DNA of 64,000 nt from Candidatus Harrisonbacteria bacterium CG10_big_fil_rev_8_21_14_0_10_40_38 (GCA_002773535.1 PFAZ01000001.1:241579-305578); one strand, 5' to 3'. Positions 10,001 through 18,896 are shown, counted from the first letter of the stretch. Program-made: numbers and translations. The notes: generated by a model not told the origin, from the sequence alone.

Positions 10001-10197
10001 TAACCAAAACAGGTAAGCCCATGCTCTTCGCTCAAATCGAAGATTTTGTCAGTCCTTTAGAAATCATAGTTTTTCCTGAAACACTCACAAAGACAGAAGC
10101 CGTTTGGAAGGAAAACAGCGCCGTGCTAGTCTTAGGGAAAATGTCCAGACGAAACGGAGAAGCAAAGTTTATTTGCGAAGACGCGCGAACCCTCTAA
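7024..10197 (+). CDS. dnaE: DNA polymerase III alpha subunit
   Basis: N-terminal PHP domain HLHTHSHYSLLDG ... ITDHGNLYGAVEF. The polymerase core and OB-fold region are present. 1057 aa. Confidence 0.9.
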   Translation: MPRFTHLHTHSHYSLLDGLSKIEDLVNHAKELGMDSLAITDHGNLYGAVEFYKKAKAAGIKPILGVEAYIAPGDHTEKSSNGERKYYHLTLLVENETGWKNLIKLVSEAHLNGFYYKPRMDKKMLAENHEGIIALSGCPAGEVSNRLMEGKYDLAKEAAKEYEEIFGKGNFFIEIDHHPKIKEIAPLREGRVRLSKETGIPLVATQDIHYTKKEDAEYHDILLAVQTGDKLSDPDRLSLKADDFSMRSPEEMASYFEDVPEAIENTAKIADRCNIEIELGKTKLPKFEVPDGTDSIIYLEKLLNEKISERYPEITQEIKDRLERELSVIKRTGFADYFLIVQDFVNWAKERGIVVGPGRGSAAGSIISYILKITDLDPIKYELLFERFLNPERIQMPDIDIDITDVRRDEVLGYLKETYGEDHVANIITFGTMAARAAIRDVGRALGISYSFCDQIAKLIPFNLKLAKSLETVVELSEMYKKDEQAKKLIDSAMHLEGVARHASVHACGIVITEKPITEYLPLQRSPQDQNVIVTQFEMHAVEDLGLLKMDLLGLRNLTIIENTIRLVEELHGEKINISKITLEDPEVFKLLQAGETMGVFQLESAGMRRYLKELKPTSIEDIIAMVSLYRPGPMELIPEYIARKHGRKPVTYLHPKLKAILENTYGIGVYQEQMMRIARDLAGYSLAEADTLRKAIGKKIKKLLDEQEEKLIAGMIKNGVDEKTAKAVWELFPSFARYGFNRSHGACYAMIAYETAYLKAHYPIEFMTALLNAESGDIERTAILVTEAKRVNIEILPPNINKSGATFMPEKENGKDGIRFGLSAIKNVGANIVAAIIENRSAEGPFENLSALLSRVQHKDLNKKSLESLIKCGALDTLGTERNQALQNIEELLKFANLYKKEQKTSQNSLFESLSFSPQSLKLKDVPPASSSERLAWEKELLGLYVTDHPLNQHKERIEQVKASPIKYLLANGSDREYARVVGIVSRLQKIVTKTGKPMLFAQIEDFVSPLEIIVFPETLTKTEAVWKENSAVLVLGKMSRRNGEAKFICEDARTL

Positions 10198-10241
10198 ACC
10201 CGCTCTGGAAAAACCAGAAAACCCCTGATATTCTCAAAATC

Positions 10242-12056
10242 ATGAAAACTGAAGACAAAAAACTAGACGAAATCAGACATTCTCTTGCTCACCTACTGGC
10301 AGCGGCTGTACTTGATGAATTTCCAGACACGCTACTAGGCATTGGTCCAACAATCGATAACGGCTTCTACTACGACTTAAAGTTTAAAAAGCCTATCTCT
10401 CCAGAAATATTAAAATCCCTAGAAGAAAAAATCAGGCGCTATATAAAAGCGTCCCTTCCGTTTTCTGGAGAAAAAATAACTTCCACAAAAGCAAAAAAAC
10501 TTTTTAAAGATCAACCATTTAAACTCGAACTCATAAACGAATTTTCAAAAGAAGGTAAAGATCTAACCATTTATCACACATGGAGTAAAGAAAAAAATAT
10601 TCACCTTGGTAAACATGTCACATGCAACATGTCACATTCCGCATGCTTCATAGACCTCTGCCGCGGCGGCCACGTCAAAAACACAAGCGAAATAAATCCT
10701 GACGGCTTTAAGCTAAGCCATCTCGCAGGAGCATATTGGAGAGGCGACGAAAAAAATCCTCAACTTACAAGAATTTATGGATTGGCTTTCAAAACAAAAA
10801 AAGAACTCGATGAATACATAGAAATGTTTGAGGAGGCAAAACGCCGAGATCACAAAAAACTTGGTTATGAACTCGATTTATTTACGTTTTCAAACCTCGT
10901 TGGCGCAGGATTTCCCCTCTTTACCCCAAGAGGCACCATAGTAAGAGACCTACTAGATTCATTTGTTTGGGAATTAAGAAGGGAAGCAGGTTACGAAAGA
11001 GTAGATATACCTCATATTACAAAAAAAGAACTGTATGAAACTTCCGGTCATTGGGAAAAATTTCAGGACGAACTTTTTAAAATCAAAACCCGTGAAGGTC
11101 ATTTCTTTGCAATGAAACCAATGAACTGTCCGCACCACGCCCAGATTTATGCGCGCAAACAACAAAGCTACAGAGACCTCCCTCAAAGATATGCCTCAAC
11201 CACAAAAGTCTACAGAGATGAACAGACTGGAGAACTATCAGGCCTTGCAAGGGTGAGATCCATCACACAAGACGATGCCCACGTTTTCTGCAGATTAAAT
11301 CAGGTAGAAGAAGAAATTGGAAAAATCTGGCACATTATAGACACATTTTATGGCTCATTTGGATTTGAGCTAAACGTACGCCTCTCACTCCGTGACGAAA
11401 AGCAAAAAGAAAAATATCTTGGAAGCGATGAAAGCTGGAAAAAAGCAGAAAAAGCGCTAAAGAAAATAATGGAGGACAAAAAAGCTTTTGATAAAGACCG
11501 CGTAGATATAGGCGGAGCTGCATTTTATGGACCAAAAATAGACTTTACCGCAAAAGACTCCATCGGCAGAGAATGGCAGATTGCGACAATTCAACTCGAT
11601 GTAAATCAGCCTGAAAGATTTGATCTTTCCTGCATAAATGAAAAAGGTGGAAAAGAGCGCATTGTCATGATCCACGCCGCCATCATGGGTTCCATTGAAC
11701 GCTTTATGGCAACTCTTATCGAACACACCGCAGGACTTTTCCCTCTCTGGCTTGCGCCAACCCAGATTCGCATTCTTCCCATAAGCGACAAATTCACAAA
11801 ATATGCGGAAAGTATAAAAGAAGAATTACAGAGCCACAACCTGCGAGTAGACCTCCCTTCGGCAGACGAAACATTAGGTAAAAGAATCAGGCAATCCGAA
11901 ATCGAAAAAATCCCCTACATAATTGTCGTGGGTGAAAAAGAACAAAAAGAAAAAAATATAAGCATTAGATCCCTAGTCTCAAAAGAACAAAATACCGAAA
12001 CTCTAAAAGACTTTATCGAAAAAACCGAAAAACTCATAAAAGAAAAAAAATCATAA
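10242..12056 (+). CDS. thrS: threonyl-tRNA synthetase lacking the N-terminal TGS domain
   Basis: HSLAHLLAAAV...GPTIDNGFYYD is the N2 editing-domain signature. Class II core and a C-terminal anticodon-binding domain follow. The start is placed at the MKTEDKK ATG at 10242. The upstream part of the ORF overlaps dnaE and is not TGS-like. Confidence 0.85.
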   Translation: MKTEDKKLDEIRHSLAHLLAAAVLDEFPDTLLGIGPTIDNGFYYDLKFKKPISPEILKSLEEKIRRYIKASLPFSGEKITSTKAKKLFKDQPFKLELINEFSKEGKDLTIYHTWSKEKNIHLGKHVTCNMSHSACFIDLCRGGHVKNTSEINPDGFKLSHLAGAYWRGDEKNPQLTRIYGLAFKTKKELDEYIEMFEEAKRRDHKKLGYELDLFTFSNLVGAGFPLFTPRGTIVRDLLDSFVWELRREAGYERVDIPHITKKELYETSGHWEKFQDELFKIKTREGHFFAMKPMNCPHHAQIYARKQQSYRDLPQRYASTTKVYRDEQTGELSGLARVRSITQDDAHVFCRLNQVEEEIGKIWHIIDTFYGSFGFELNVRLSLRDEKQKEKYLGSDESWKKAEKALKKIMEDKKAFDKDRVDIGGAAFYGPKIDFTAKDSIGREWQIATIQLDVNQPERFDLSCINEKGGKERIVMIHAAIMGSIERFMATLIEHTAGLFPLWLAPTQIRILPISDKFTKYAESIKEELQSHNLRVDLPSADETLGKRIRQSEIEKIPYIIVVGEKEQKEKNISIRSLVSKEQNTETLKDFIEKTEKLIKEKKS

Positions 12057-12125
12057 AAAAAGGCCGCAGAAGACACGCTTTCGCGTATCTCCCACGGCCC
12101 GAGGAGAACCGACCACAAGGCCGGA

Positions 12126-12692
12126 TCAGGTTGTAGTCGCTACAGGAGTTTCTTCTGTCTTTGTCTTCGACTTATCAACAACGCCTGCGCCACTGTCCGA
12201 CTTCTCTTCCGTTTCTTCAATCTCACCCTTGACGCTCTCTGGCTTCATCACCCCATCGAATAGATCTTTAACCGAAGCACTATAGCACTCCGAGGCAAAA
12301 TATGACATACGACAAGCAGCAACTTGAGGCGTGAATCTGAGAGCTTCAGCCAATTTCTGGAAAACCCTCGTCTTCTGCTCCTCTGAAAACTCCGACGAGC
12401 GAACAAAAAAATTCTCAATCTCGGACATGAGCCACATGACGCGACTTATATTATTCGCGCCACACGCCTCTTCGTAATTACCTTCACATGTTGCCCTCAC
12501 CATTGAGCCAACAACAGTAACTGCATCTTCGAGGTTCAGTGCACCTATGCGCTCAGCAGTTTCGGAAGGGCTCTCTGCTCTGCCTTTGGGAATCACCCTA
12601 AGCCTCTGTATGAAAGTACCCAAAACCCTCCAGGTATCGCGAATCACAATTCGTCCACCCTGTTCCGCAGGTTGTTTTTCGCCGTTCGCCAT
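12126..12692 (-). CDS. hypothetical protein in a GC-rich patch
   Basis: 188 aa. Strong SD AAGGAG 7 nt upstream of the ATG (rc of 12693-12712). GC content is well above the genome average. No family recognised. Confidence 0.5.
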   Translation of the reverse strand: MANGEKQPAEQGGRIVIRDTWRVLGTFIQRLRVIPKGRAESPSETAERIGALNLEDAVTVVGSMVRATCEGNYEEACGANNISRVMWLMSEIENFFVRSSEFSEEQKTRVFQKLAEALRFTPQVAACRMSYFASECYSASVKDLFDGVMKPESVKGEIEETEEKSDSGAGVVDKSKTKTEETPVATTT

Positions 12693-12780
12693 TATCTCAC
12701 TCCTTACGTGATGGTGTATGATTTGTCAACGATTCCAAAGATACACTATCAAGTATTTACATATCTTGTCAATGACAAGC

Positions 12781-14244
12781 CTAAGTCCTCTCACGAATCA
12801 TTCTTTGTAGCACTTCAGGATTCCCCTTCCCTTTGAGTTCTGCCATTGCCTTTCCAACGAGAAACTGCAATGCATTTTCCTTCCCGTTTTTAAAATCACT
12901 GACAGCCGAAACATTTGTTTCAATCACTCTTCGCACAACATCCAAAAGCGCTTCTTCATCAGAAATCTGATGTAAATCCTGTTCCTTAAGTACCGTATGC
13001 GGATCAGCTCCAGTCTGCATCATTGAACGCAATATATCTTTTGCTGATCTACTTGAAACCGTATTGTGAGAGATTAGCTCAACGAGATCAGCAAAATTTT
13101 CAGGCGTGATTTTTAATTCCTCAAATTTAATTCCATTTTCTATCATAAGTCCTCGAAGATCAGAAGTAAGATAGTTAAAAAGAAGCTTTATCTCCTGCGC
13201 CAAGTTTTGGTTGTCTTCGCTCATAAGTTCCGAAACAGAATCTTCAAAATGCGAAGCGAGACGAGGATCAGAAACAAGAAGATCCGCCTGTGGCTCACTC
13301 AAATCAAATTCTTTTGCAAACCTTATCCGCTTCTGAGCAGGAAGTTCTGGTATTGATAATTTAATATCGTTAAGAGGAAATCTCGACAAATCCAATGGCG
13401 GCAAATCCGGTTCCGGGAAGTATCTATAATCATGTGCCTCCTCTTTTGTTCTTTGCGACACTGTCTCACGCGAAGATTCATTCCATCCCCTTGTTTCATG
13501 TTTTACCTCGCCACCTTCTTCCAAAACCATTCGCTGTCTCTGTAGCTCATACTCAATAGCATCATGAACCGCGCGAAAAGAATTAATATTTTTTACTTCA
13601 ACTTTTGTCCCAAAAACAAGTTCTCCGTCATGAATTTTTCCCAAACTCACATTTGCCTCAACTCTCATCTGCCCCCTATCCATATCCGCATACGAAACCG
13701 ACAAATATCGCAAAATAAGTTGCAACTCTTTTGCAAACGCAACTGCATCATCCGCATTTCGTATATCCGGCTCTGTTACAAGCTCCATGAGCGGCACACC
13801 TGCCCTATTAAAATTAACCAGACTTGAATCACTTTTGGAATTTAGTGCTTGTAATTTGGAGTTTTCGTGTGTGAGCGCTCCCGTATCTTCCTCCAAGTGA
13901 ACTCTCCTCAGTCGGACTCCTTTTAGAACTCCTCCAAAAACAAGGGGCTGATCATATTGTGAAATCTGATATGCCTTTGGCAAATCAGGATAAAAATAAT
14001 TTTTCCTATCAAATTTTGAAACCGCGGGAATATCTCCCTGCAGAGCCATGCCAACTTTGATAACTGACTCAATAGCTTTTTTATTCGCAGTCGGCATCGC
14101 CCCGGGATGAGCAAGGCATATGGGGCAGACATTAATGTTTGGATGCTCCTCATCGGGATCGTTTTTGCAATCACAAAACATCTTGGTCTTTGTATCAAGT
14201 TCTGCGTGAATTTCAAGGCCTATTACAGGCACATAAGTAGCCAT
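12781..14244 (-). CDS. gatB: Asp-tRNA(Asn)/Glu-tRNA(Gln) amidotransferase subunit B
   Basis: N-terminus MATYVPVIGLEIHAELDTKTKMFC is the GatB signature. 487 aa. Confidence 0.9.
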   Translation of the reverse strand: MATYVPVIGLEIHAELDTKTKMFCDCKNDPDEEHPNINVCPICLAHPGAMPTANKKAIESVIKVGMALQGDIPAVSKFDRKNYFYPDLPKAYQISQYDQPLVFGGVLKGVRLRRVHLEEDTGALTHENSKLQALNSKSDSSLVNFNRAGVPLMELVTEPDIRNADDAVAFAKELQLILRYLSVSYADMDRGQMRVEANVSLGKIHDGELVFGTKVEVKNINSFRAVHDAIEYELQRQRMVLEEGGEVKHETRGWNESSRETVSQRTKEEAHDYRYFPEPDLPPLDLSRFPLNDIKLSIPELPAQKRIRFAKEFDLSEPQADLLVSDPRLASHFEDSVSELMSEDNQNLAQEIKLLFNYLTSDLRGLMIENGIKFEELKITPENFADLVELISHNTVSSRSAKDILRSMMQTGADPHTVLKEQDLHQISDEEALLDVVRRVIETNVSAVSDFKNGKENALQFLVGKAMAELKGKGNPEVLQRMIRERT

Positions 14245-14355
14245 AGAACGCTTCTAATAATAACGAAAATTTGGCCTGAAAAAAAGTTTACCAAAACAGT
14301 CAAATCTGTTAACATTCCCCCAGCACCAAAACAACCAAACAAGAGAGGGAGTACC

Positions 14356-14973
14356 ATGCAAGAACGAGGAGTTTTTATTACTCTCGAAGGCATCGACGGA
14401 TCTGGTAAATCAACTGTTGCAAATCTACTTGAAGTGCTTGCTTTACAAGACGGCAGAATGCGTTGTGTCACTACAATGGAACCAACAGATGGTCCAACAG
14501 GAAAACTCATCCGAGATAAACTAGAAGGTAGATCACCGATCGAGAGCAACGAAGCTCTTCAAAGACTCTTCATCGAAGATCGTCTCGAACACGTAAATGA
14601 CTTCATTAGACCACATCTCAAAAGAGGATATCTCGTAATATCCGACAGGTACTGACTCTCGACACTCGCCTACGTCATGCTCACGGAAAGCGCTGACACA
14701 TTCATTGCGATCCATGAAGAAGTATTTGAAGGAAAGTTTCTTAAGCCACACCTTAGCTTCATCCTCGACCTATCAGTCCAAAAAGCTATGGAAAGAATCA
14801 TGTCTCGCGGCGAAGGATTCGACCATTTCGCAAAACAAGAGAAACTCGAAAAAATCAGAGTCAATTATCTTGAACTTTCAAGAACGCTACCTGACATCAT
14901 AGTGATGTCAGCAGAATTGAAACCAAAAGAAATTGCGAGAACAATCTGGTTCTATATCCAACCCCTTCTATAG
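14356..14973 (+). pseudogene. tmk: thymidylate kinase interrupted by one in-frame TGA at 14653-14655 (pseudogene or recoded/read-through)
   Basis: ITLEGIDGSGKST P-loop, ...ISDRY, then TGA, then LSTLAY... in the same frame. The DRYx(D/L)S(S/T)LAY motif is contiguous across the stop. The C-terminal lid region is intact (ORF 14677..14973). Confidence 0.6.
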
Positions 14974-14987
14974 AAAGGAAGAAGACA

Positions 14988-15773
14988 ATGAAAAGAGTAA
15001 AACCTGGGGTGTTTCTACTTTCGAGCCCAGAAATCGACGAAAATGCACTCGGAGAATACCTCGAATGGCTTGGCGCACTAGAATGGGAATCTGATGCCCC
15101 AAGTGACGCCGAGCTCATACCCGAAGTAGCAGGAAGGCTCTGCTACCGCAGCTTCGCGCCCGGACTCAATCCGAACGTGAAAAAGGTCCGAGGATCGAAC
15201 AAGGAATACTTAGAACACATTCTCGAAGTCGGCCACGGTTCGGTTCTCGAGCACGGAATGCTGACCTTCATCATCGTGAATGCTTCAAGAGTGTTCACGC
15301 ACGAATTGGTTCGCCACCGAGTCGGAGTTGGTATCTCGCAAGAAAGCCTACGATTCGTCCGCCTCACCGACCTCTCTTTCTGGGAGCCCGAATGGGCCCT
15401 CGAAGACACTGAGCTACAGCAACGAAATACCGAAATCATACGCCTCCTAGAGGAACATCAAGACTGGCTGGCGAAACACTTCGGTCTCGACGAAAGTGGG
15501 ATCAAATTCGAAGAAAAAAAGAAAAAAACATCGTACATGCGACGTTTTGCTCCCATCGGTCTGGCAACATCGATCTGCTGGTCATGCAACTTCAGAACAC
15601 TCCGACACGTGATCGAGATGCGTACGCATCCCGCAGCAGAAGAAGAGATAAGACTCATATTCGGTATGATCGCCAAGATAGCCCAGGAACGATATCCAAA
15701 CATCTTCGGCGACTATGAAGTCGAAATCATTGACAACCTCCCTCACTACAAAACACCTCATCGCAAGGTGTAA
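14988..15773 (+). CDS. thyX: flavin-dependent thymidylate synthase ThyX
   Basis: ThyX signature RHRxxxxxxSQESLRF (ELVRHRVGVGISQESLRFV). The region is GC-rich. Confidence 0.8.
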   Translation: MKRVKPGVFLLSSPEIDENALGEYLEWLGALEWESDAPSDAELIPEVAGRLCYRSFAPGLNPNVKKVRGSNKEYLEHILEVGHGSVLEHGMLTFIIVNASRVFTHELVRHRVGVGISQESLRFVRLTDLSFWEPEWALEDTELQQRNTEIIRLLEEHQDWLAKHFGLDESGIKFEEKKKKTSYMRRFAPIGLATSICWSCNFRTLRHVIEMRTHPAAEEEIRLIFGMIAKIAQERYPNIFGDYEVEIIDNLPHYKTPHRKV

Positions 15774-15793
15774 AAAGAATTCTCAAACCCAAA

Positions 15794-15836
15794 GCGCCCC
15801 TTCCTACTCACAAGCAGGAAGGGGCGTATTCTATTT
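15794..15836. terminator. bidirectional rho-independent terminator between convergent thyX and dcd
   Basis: 11-bp GC stem cgccccttcct / aggaaggggcg followed by tattctattt. Confidence 0.6.
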
Positions 15837-15846
15837 ACATACCCCG

Positions 15847-16956
15847 CTAAAAAGATTTAAATTGTTTTGAAAGTCTTGGTGCATTAAATAACGAAGCATA
15901 ATTTGAATCTGGTAATATGTCGTAAGAAAGACTCGGTACTTCTGCCATTCTTTCAAATCTAATTTTCGCAACAGGTTGGTTTTTGCGAAAAGTAAGTGGT
16001 TCAAAAGGCCTTACCTCAAGAACAAGCCTCCTACCAACACCATCTCCACCATTTCCATACCCCCAACCAGGATCAATATACCCAGCATAATGAGAACGAA
16101 ACTCACCCGATCTGGCATCCATAGGAATCATTTCGCAAGCAAGATGAGATGGCACACGGACACATTCATCCGTCTGGAGTATATAAAATCTCCCCTGACG
16201 CAATTTAATAATCCCATCACGAGCCGCAATCGGACGAAAAAACTCTTCAGGTTCATACGCACCAATTTTAGAAAGATCCAAGATCTTATCTCCCTCAAGA
16301 CTCTCCCATCCAGAAATTTCAGAAGAAATCGCCAAAGTCAGTATTATAGAACCATCGCCATCCTTAACTGAAAAATTTTTATATTCAAATGGTTTTTGAG
16401 AGTCAAATTCCCAAAGAAGTTTATCCTTGTCAAAACTTTCAGTAAGATCATTTTCATTAAAACCCGTATCACTATTAAAAAATCTTATTTGCGAAAGAGA
16501 CATTCCATTCTCCATTTTAATAGCAAAAGAATTCGGCTGGATCACAAGCCAAAGTTCACCCGAGAAACCAGCGGGAGCAACAGTATCAAATCTCGACACA
16601 CCATCGGCGATAACACGAACCTGAATATCGTTTCTGCCTACACTCGATTTTGGATTACAATATGCAAAAACATCAGCCGGAAGTTTTAAAGACTCAGAAA
16701 GTTTCACAATATACGTCACTCCCCGCTCTAAAGGGGAAGAAATATTGTGAGGCAAAGCAGAAACAAGAGGAAGAAGATCCCGAACTTTCTCCCCGGATCG
16801 CGGCTGAAAAATTCCATCAATCCTATAAATCTCATCACTAATAGCAAGATCAAGTGAAGCAGGACGAATCCGTTTGGTATCTGATCCTTCAATCGAAGAA
16901 GAGTCCATGAGAGCACGAATCATTTGAGATGAAAAAGCACCAAAGCGATTAGGCAT
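15847..16956 (-). CDS. dcd: long-form dCTP deaminase family protein (dUTPase-fold)
   Basis: IRPASLDLAI near the N-terminus and GYIDPGWGY...LVLEV...P..L..G..VAKIRF near the C-terminus match the dCTP deaminase trimer motifs. About 370 aa with a middle insertion. Start set at the internal Met (16954-16956). Confidence 0.6.
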   Translation of the reverse strand: MPNRFGAFSSQMIRALMDSSSIEGSDTKRIRPASLDLAISDEIYRIDGIFQPRSGEKVRDLLPLVSALPHNISSPLERGVTYIVKLSESLKLPADVFAYCNPKSSVGRNDIQVRVIADGVSRFDTVAPAGFSGELWLVIQPNSFAIKMENGMSLSQIRFFNSDTGFNENDLTESFDKDKLLWEFDSQKPFEYKNFSVKDGDGSIILTLAISSEISGWESLEGDKILDLSKIGAYEPEEFFRPIAARDGIIKLRQGRFYILQTDECVRVPSHLACEMIPMDARSGEFRSHYAGYIDPGWGYGNGGDGVGRRLVLEVRPFEPLTFRKNQPVAKIRFERMAEVPSLSYDILPDSNYASLFNAPRLSKQFKSF

Positions 16957-17090
16957 ATGCCATATATTAGCACTCAAATAATCGCAATAAAAGCACAACA
17001 AAAATTTGACAAAATACACATTTATCAATAATCATATACTCGACACCTAAAGAACTCACACAAACTCTTTCATAGAAAAGGTCGGATAAG

Positions 17091-17324
17091 GTGGCTGAAA
17101 AGGCACGAGAAGAACTGGAAAAAATGTTTGATAATGTCGGCCTATTTTCCGAAGGTTTGGCAGTGGTTGAAAAGGATGGGAAAGAATTTCATATCCGACA
17201 TGATGGCTCTCCTGCATACGAGGAAAGGTTTGACAGCGCTAACTCCTTCTCTGAGGGAGTAGCATCTGTCAAAAAAGATGGCAAGTGGTTTAACATCCGC
17301 TACGACGGCACAAGAGTCGACTGA
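17091..17324 (+). CDS. small WG-repeat-like protein
   Basis: Two repeats of FSEG(L/V)A(V/S)V(E/K)KDGK(E/W)F.IR.DG. 77 aa. Followed by a terminator. Confidence 0.45.
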   Translation: MAEKAREELEKMFDNVGLFSEGLAVVEKDGKEFHIRHDGSPAYEERFDSANSFSEGVASVKKDGKWFNIRYDGTRVD

Positions 17325-17350
17325 CTCTATTTCTCTTCTCCAAACAACAA

Positions 17351-17388
17351 GCCGCCCCATCTCACATGAGGCGGCCTTCTTTTTTTCT
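17351..17388 (+). terminator. rho-independent terminator
   Basis: gccgcc ... ggcggcc hairpin followed by ttctttttttc. Confidence 0.55.
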
Positions 17389-17435
17389 AACCCCACAAAA
17401 GGCACAGCAAAAAATATCAATTACTAAAACAAAAA

Positions 17436-17573
17436 CTTCCCCGTATTACTCTATAGAGGCTATCGGAGGCAAAATGCAACATTGGTATCTCTAAAATTAC
17501 ATTTTGCCGAGATGCAGGAGTCACTCACTGCTCAAAGTGAGTGAACTCCGACTCTAGAGAGTAATATGGGGAA
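17436..17573. repeat. structured repeat element Y, copy B
   Basis: Core 17458..17551 is near-identical to 1858..1950. Its own closing stem cttccccgtattactctatagag / ctctagagagtaatatggggaag is about 23 bp with 2 mismatches. It lies directly downstream of the rplK stop, where rplA would normally be. Confidence 0.6.
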
Positions 17574-17586
17574 GAAAAACTCTTCA

Positions 17587-18012
17587 CTATTCTGTAATTT
17601 CTATTCCCATATTTTTTGCTGTGCCTGCAACAATCTTCATTGCTTGCTCAACATTTTCCGTATTCAAATCAGGTAGTTTAATTTCGGCTATAGCCTTGAG
17701 GTCAGCTTTCGTGACCTTGCCAACTTTCTTTTTATTCGCTTCCGATGAACCTTTTTCAACTGAAGCATATTTCTTAAGCAAAGCCGATGCCGGAGGAGTC
17801 TTTAAAATAAATGAAAAGCTCCTATCGTCATAAATAGTTATTTCAGCAGGAACAACGTCACCTGTCATGTCTTTTGTGGCGTCATTAAACTGCTTACAAA
17901 AATCCCCAATATTTATTCCATGAGGACCAAGAGCTGTTCCAACAGGAGGCGCGTGGTTTGCCTTTCCCGCCTCAAGCTGTAGCTTTAATACTGTTTTTAT
18001 TGGCTTTGACAT
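17587..18012 (-). CDS. rplK: 50S ribosomal protein L11
   Basis: N-terminus [35 protein letters not shown] matches L11. Confidence 0.9.
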   Translation of the reverse strand: MSKPIKTVLKLQLEAGKANHAPPVGTALGPHGINIGDFCKQFNDATKDMTGDVVPAEITIYDDRSFSFILKTPPASALLKKYASVEKGSSEANKKKVGKVTKADLKAIAEIKLPDLNTENVEQAMKIVAGTAKNMGIEITE

Positions 18013-18096
18013 AATTTATGTCACTAGATAGTAACGAAATAATTAAAAATTTGCAAGTCCAAAACTAATGGCTTATCCCTAGCAACTAGAACCTCG

Positions 18097-18678
18097 TTAT
18101 ATCTTCTGCACCTGCAACGAATCAAGTTCTATCAAAGTATCTCTTCCGAATATCGGCACCAAAACTTTGACCTTGCCCTTTTCGCCATCAACTTCAGCAA
18201 CCTTGGCATCATAGTCTTTAAACGATCCGTCAGTGATCTTCACAAGATCCCCTACTTTTATATCAACATTAAACTTCGTATCCTTCTCTTCCATCCTCAC
18301 CATGATTGCATCAACTTCCTCTTTTGAAAGAGGCACTGGAGTTGTAGCATCAGGACCGACAAACCCAGTAACTCGTGGGGTGTTTCGAACAACATACCAC
18401 GAGTCATCAGCGAGTATCATATCAACGAGAACATACCCATGATAAATTTTCTCCTCTGTAACTCGCCTTTTACCGTTTTTGATTTTTACTTTTTTCTCTT
18501 TTGGGACAATAACATTAAAAATCTTGTCATTCATGGCAAGAGAGTCAACACGCTGTTTGAGGTATCTCGCAACAGCGTCCTCATATCCAGAATACGTATG
18601 GATTGCATACCAGTGCCTATTTGACTTCTGATCTTCTTCCTTTAGGTTTTTATCTCCTTTTAAAAGACGGTTTTCCAT
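18097..18678 (-). CDS. nusG: transcription termination/antitermination factor NusG
   Basis: NGN domain WYAIHTYSGYEDAV and C-terminal KOW (VGDLVKITDGSFKDYDAKV). Confidence 0.85.
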   Translation of the reverse strand: MENRLLKGDKNLKEEDQKSNRHWYAIHTYSGYEDAVARYLKQRVDSLAMNDKIFNVIVPKEKKVKIKNGKRRVTEEKIYHGYVLVDMILADDSWYVVRNTPRVTGFVGPDATTPVPLSKEEVDAIMVRMEEKDTKFNVDIKVGDLVKITDGSFKDYDAKVAEVDGEKGKVKVLVPIFGRDTLIELDSLQVQKI

Positions 18679-18682
18679 AAAA

Positions 18683-18871
18683 TTAACCGATAATAAATAT
18701 TTCTAATACTCTGGTAAATCCAAAATCAAGAACACCAAGAAAAGCAGCGAGTCCCAAAGAGAACCCGATAACAATAAATGTTAGCTTTCTGGTCTCAATA
18801 AATGTAGGCCAGTTGATCCTCTTAAACTCCCTGCGGGATTCCTGAAGATAATTTGTAAGACGTTCAAACAT
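18683..18871 (-). CDS. secE: preprotein translocase subunit SecE
   Basis: KRINWPTFIETRKLTFIVIGFSLGLAAFLGVLD: single TM, SecE-like. Start at the internal Met (18869-18871). Sits in the canonical secE-nusG-rplK order. Confidence 0.75.
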   Translation of the reverse strand: MFERLTNYLQESRREFKRINWPTFIETRKLTFIVIGFSLGLAAFLGVLDFGFTRVLEIFIIG

Positions 18872-18896
18872 ATTCGTAAAATAACAATTATAGTGG

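Noticed and set aside
10104-10241. Upstream extension of the thrS ORF overlapping dnaE
   Set aside because: The extension is basic low-complexity sequence unrelated to the ThrRS TGS domain. The ATG at 10242 gives a canonical N2-domain start.
15458-15703. 81-aa antisense ORF inside thyX and other small ORFs in GC-rich stretches
   Set aside because: A GC-rich coding sequence generates spurious long antisense frames. None has supporting signals.
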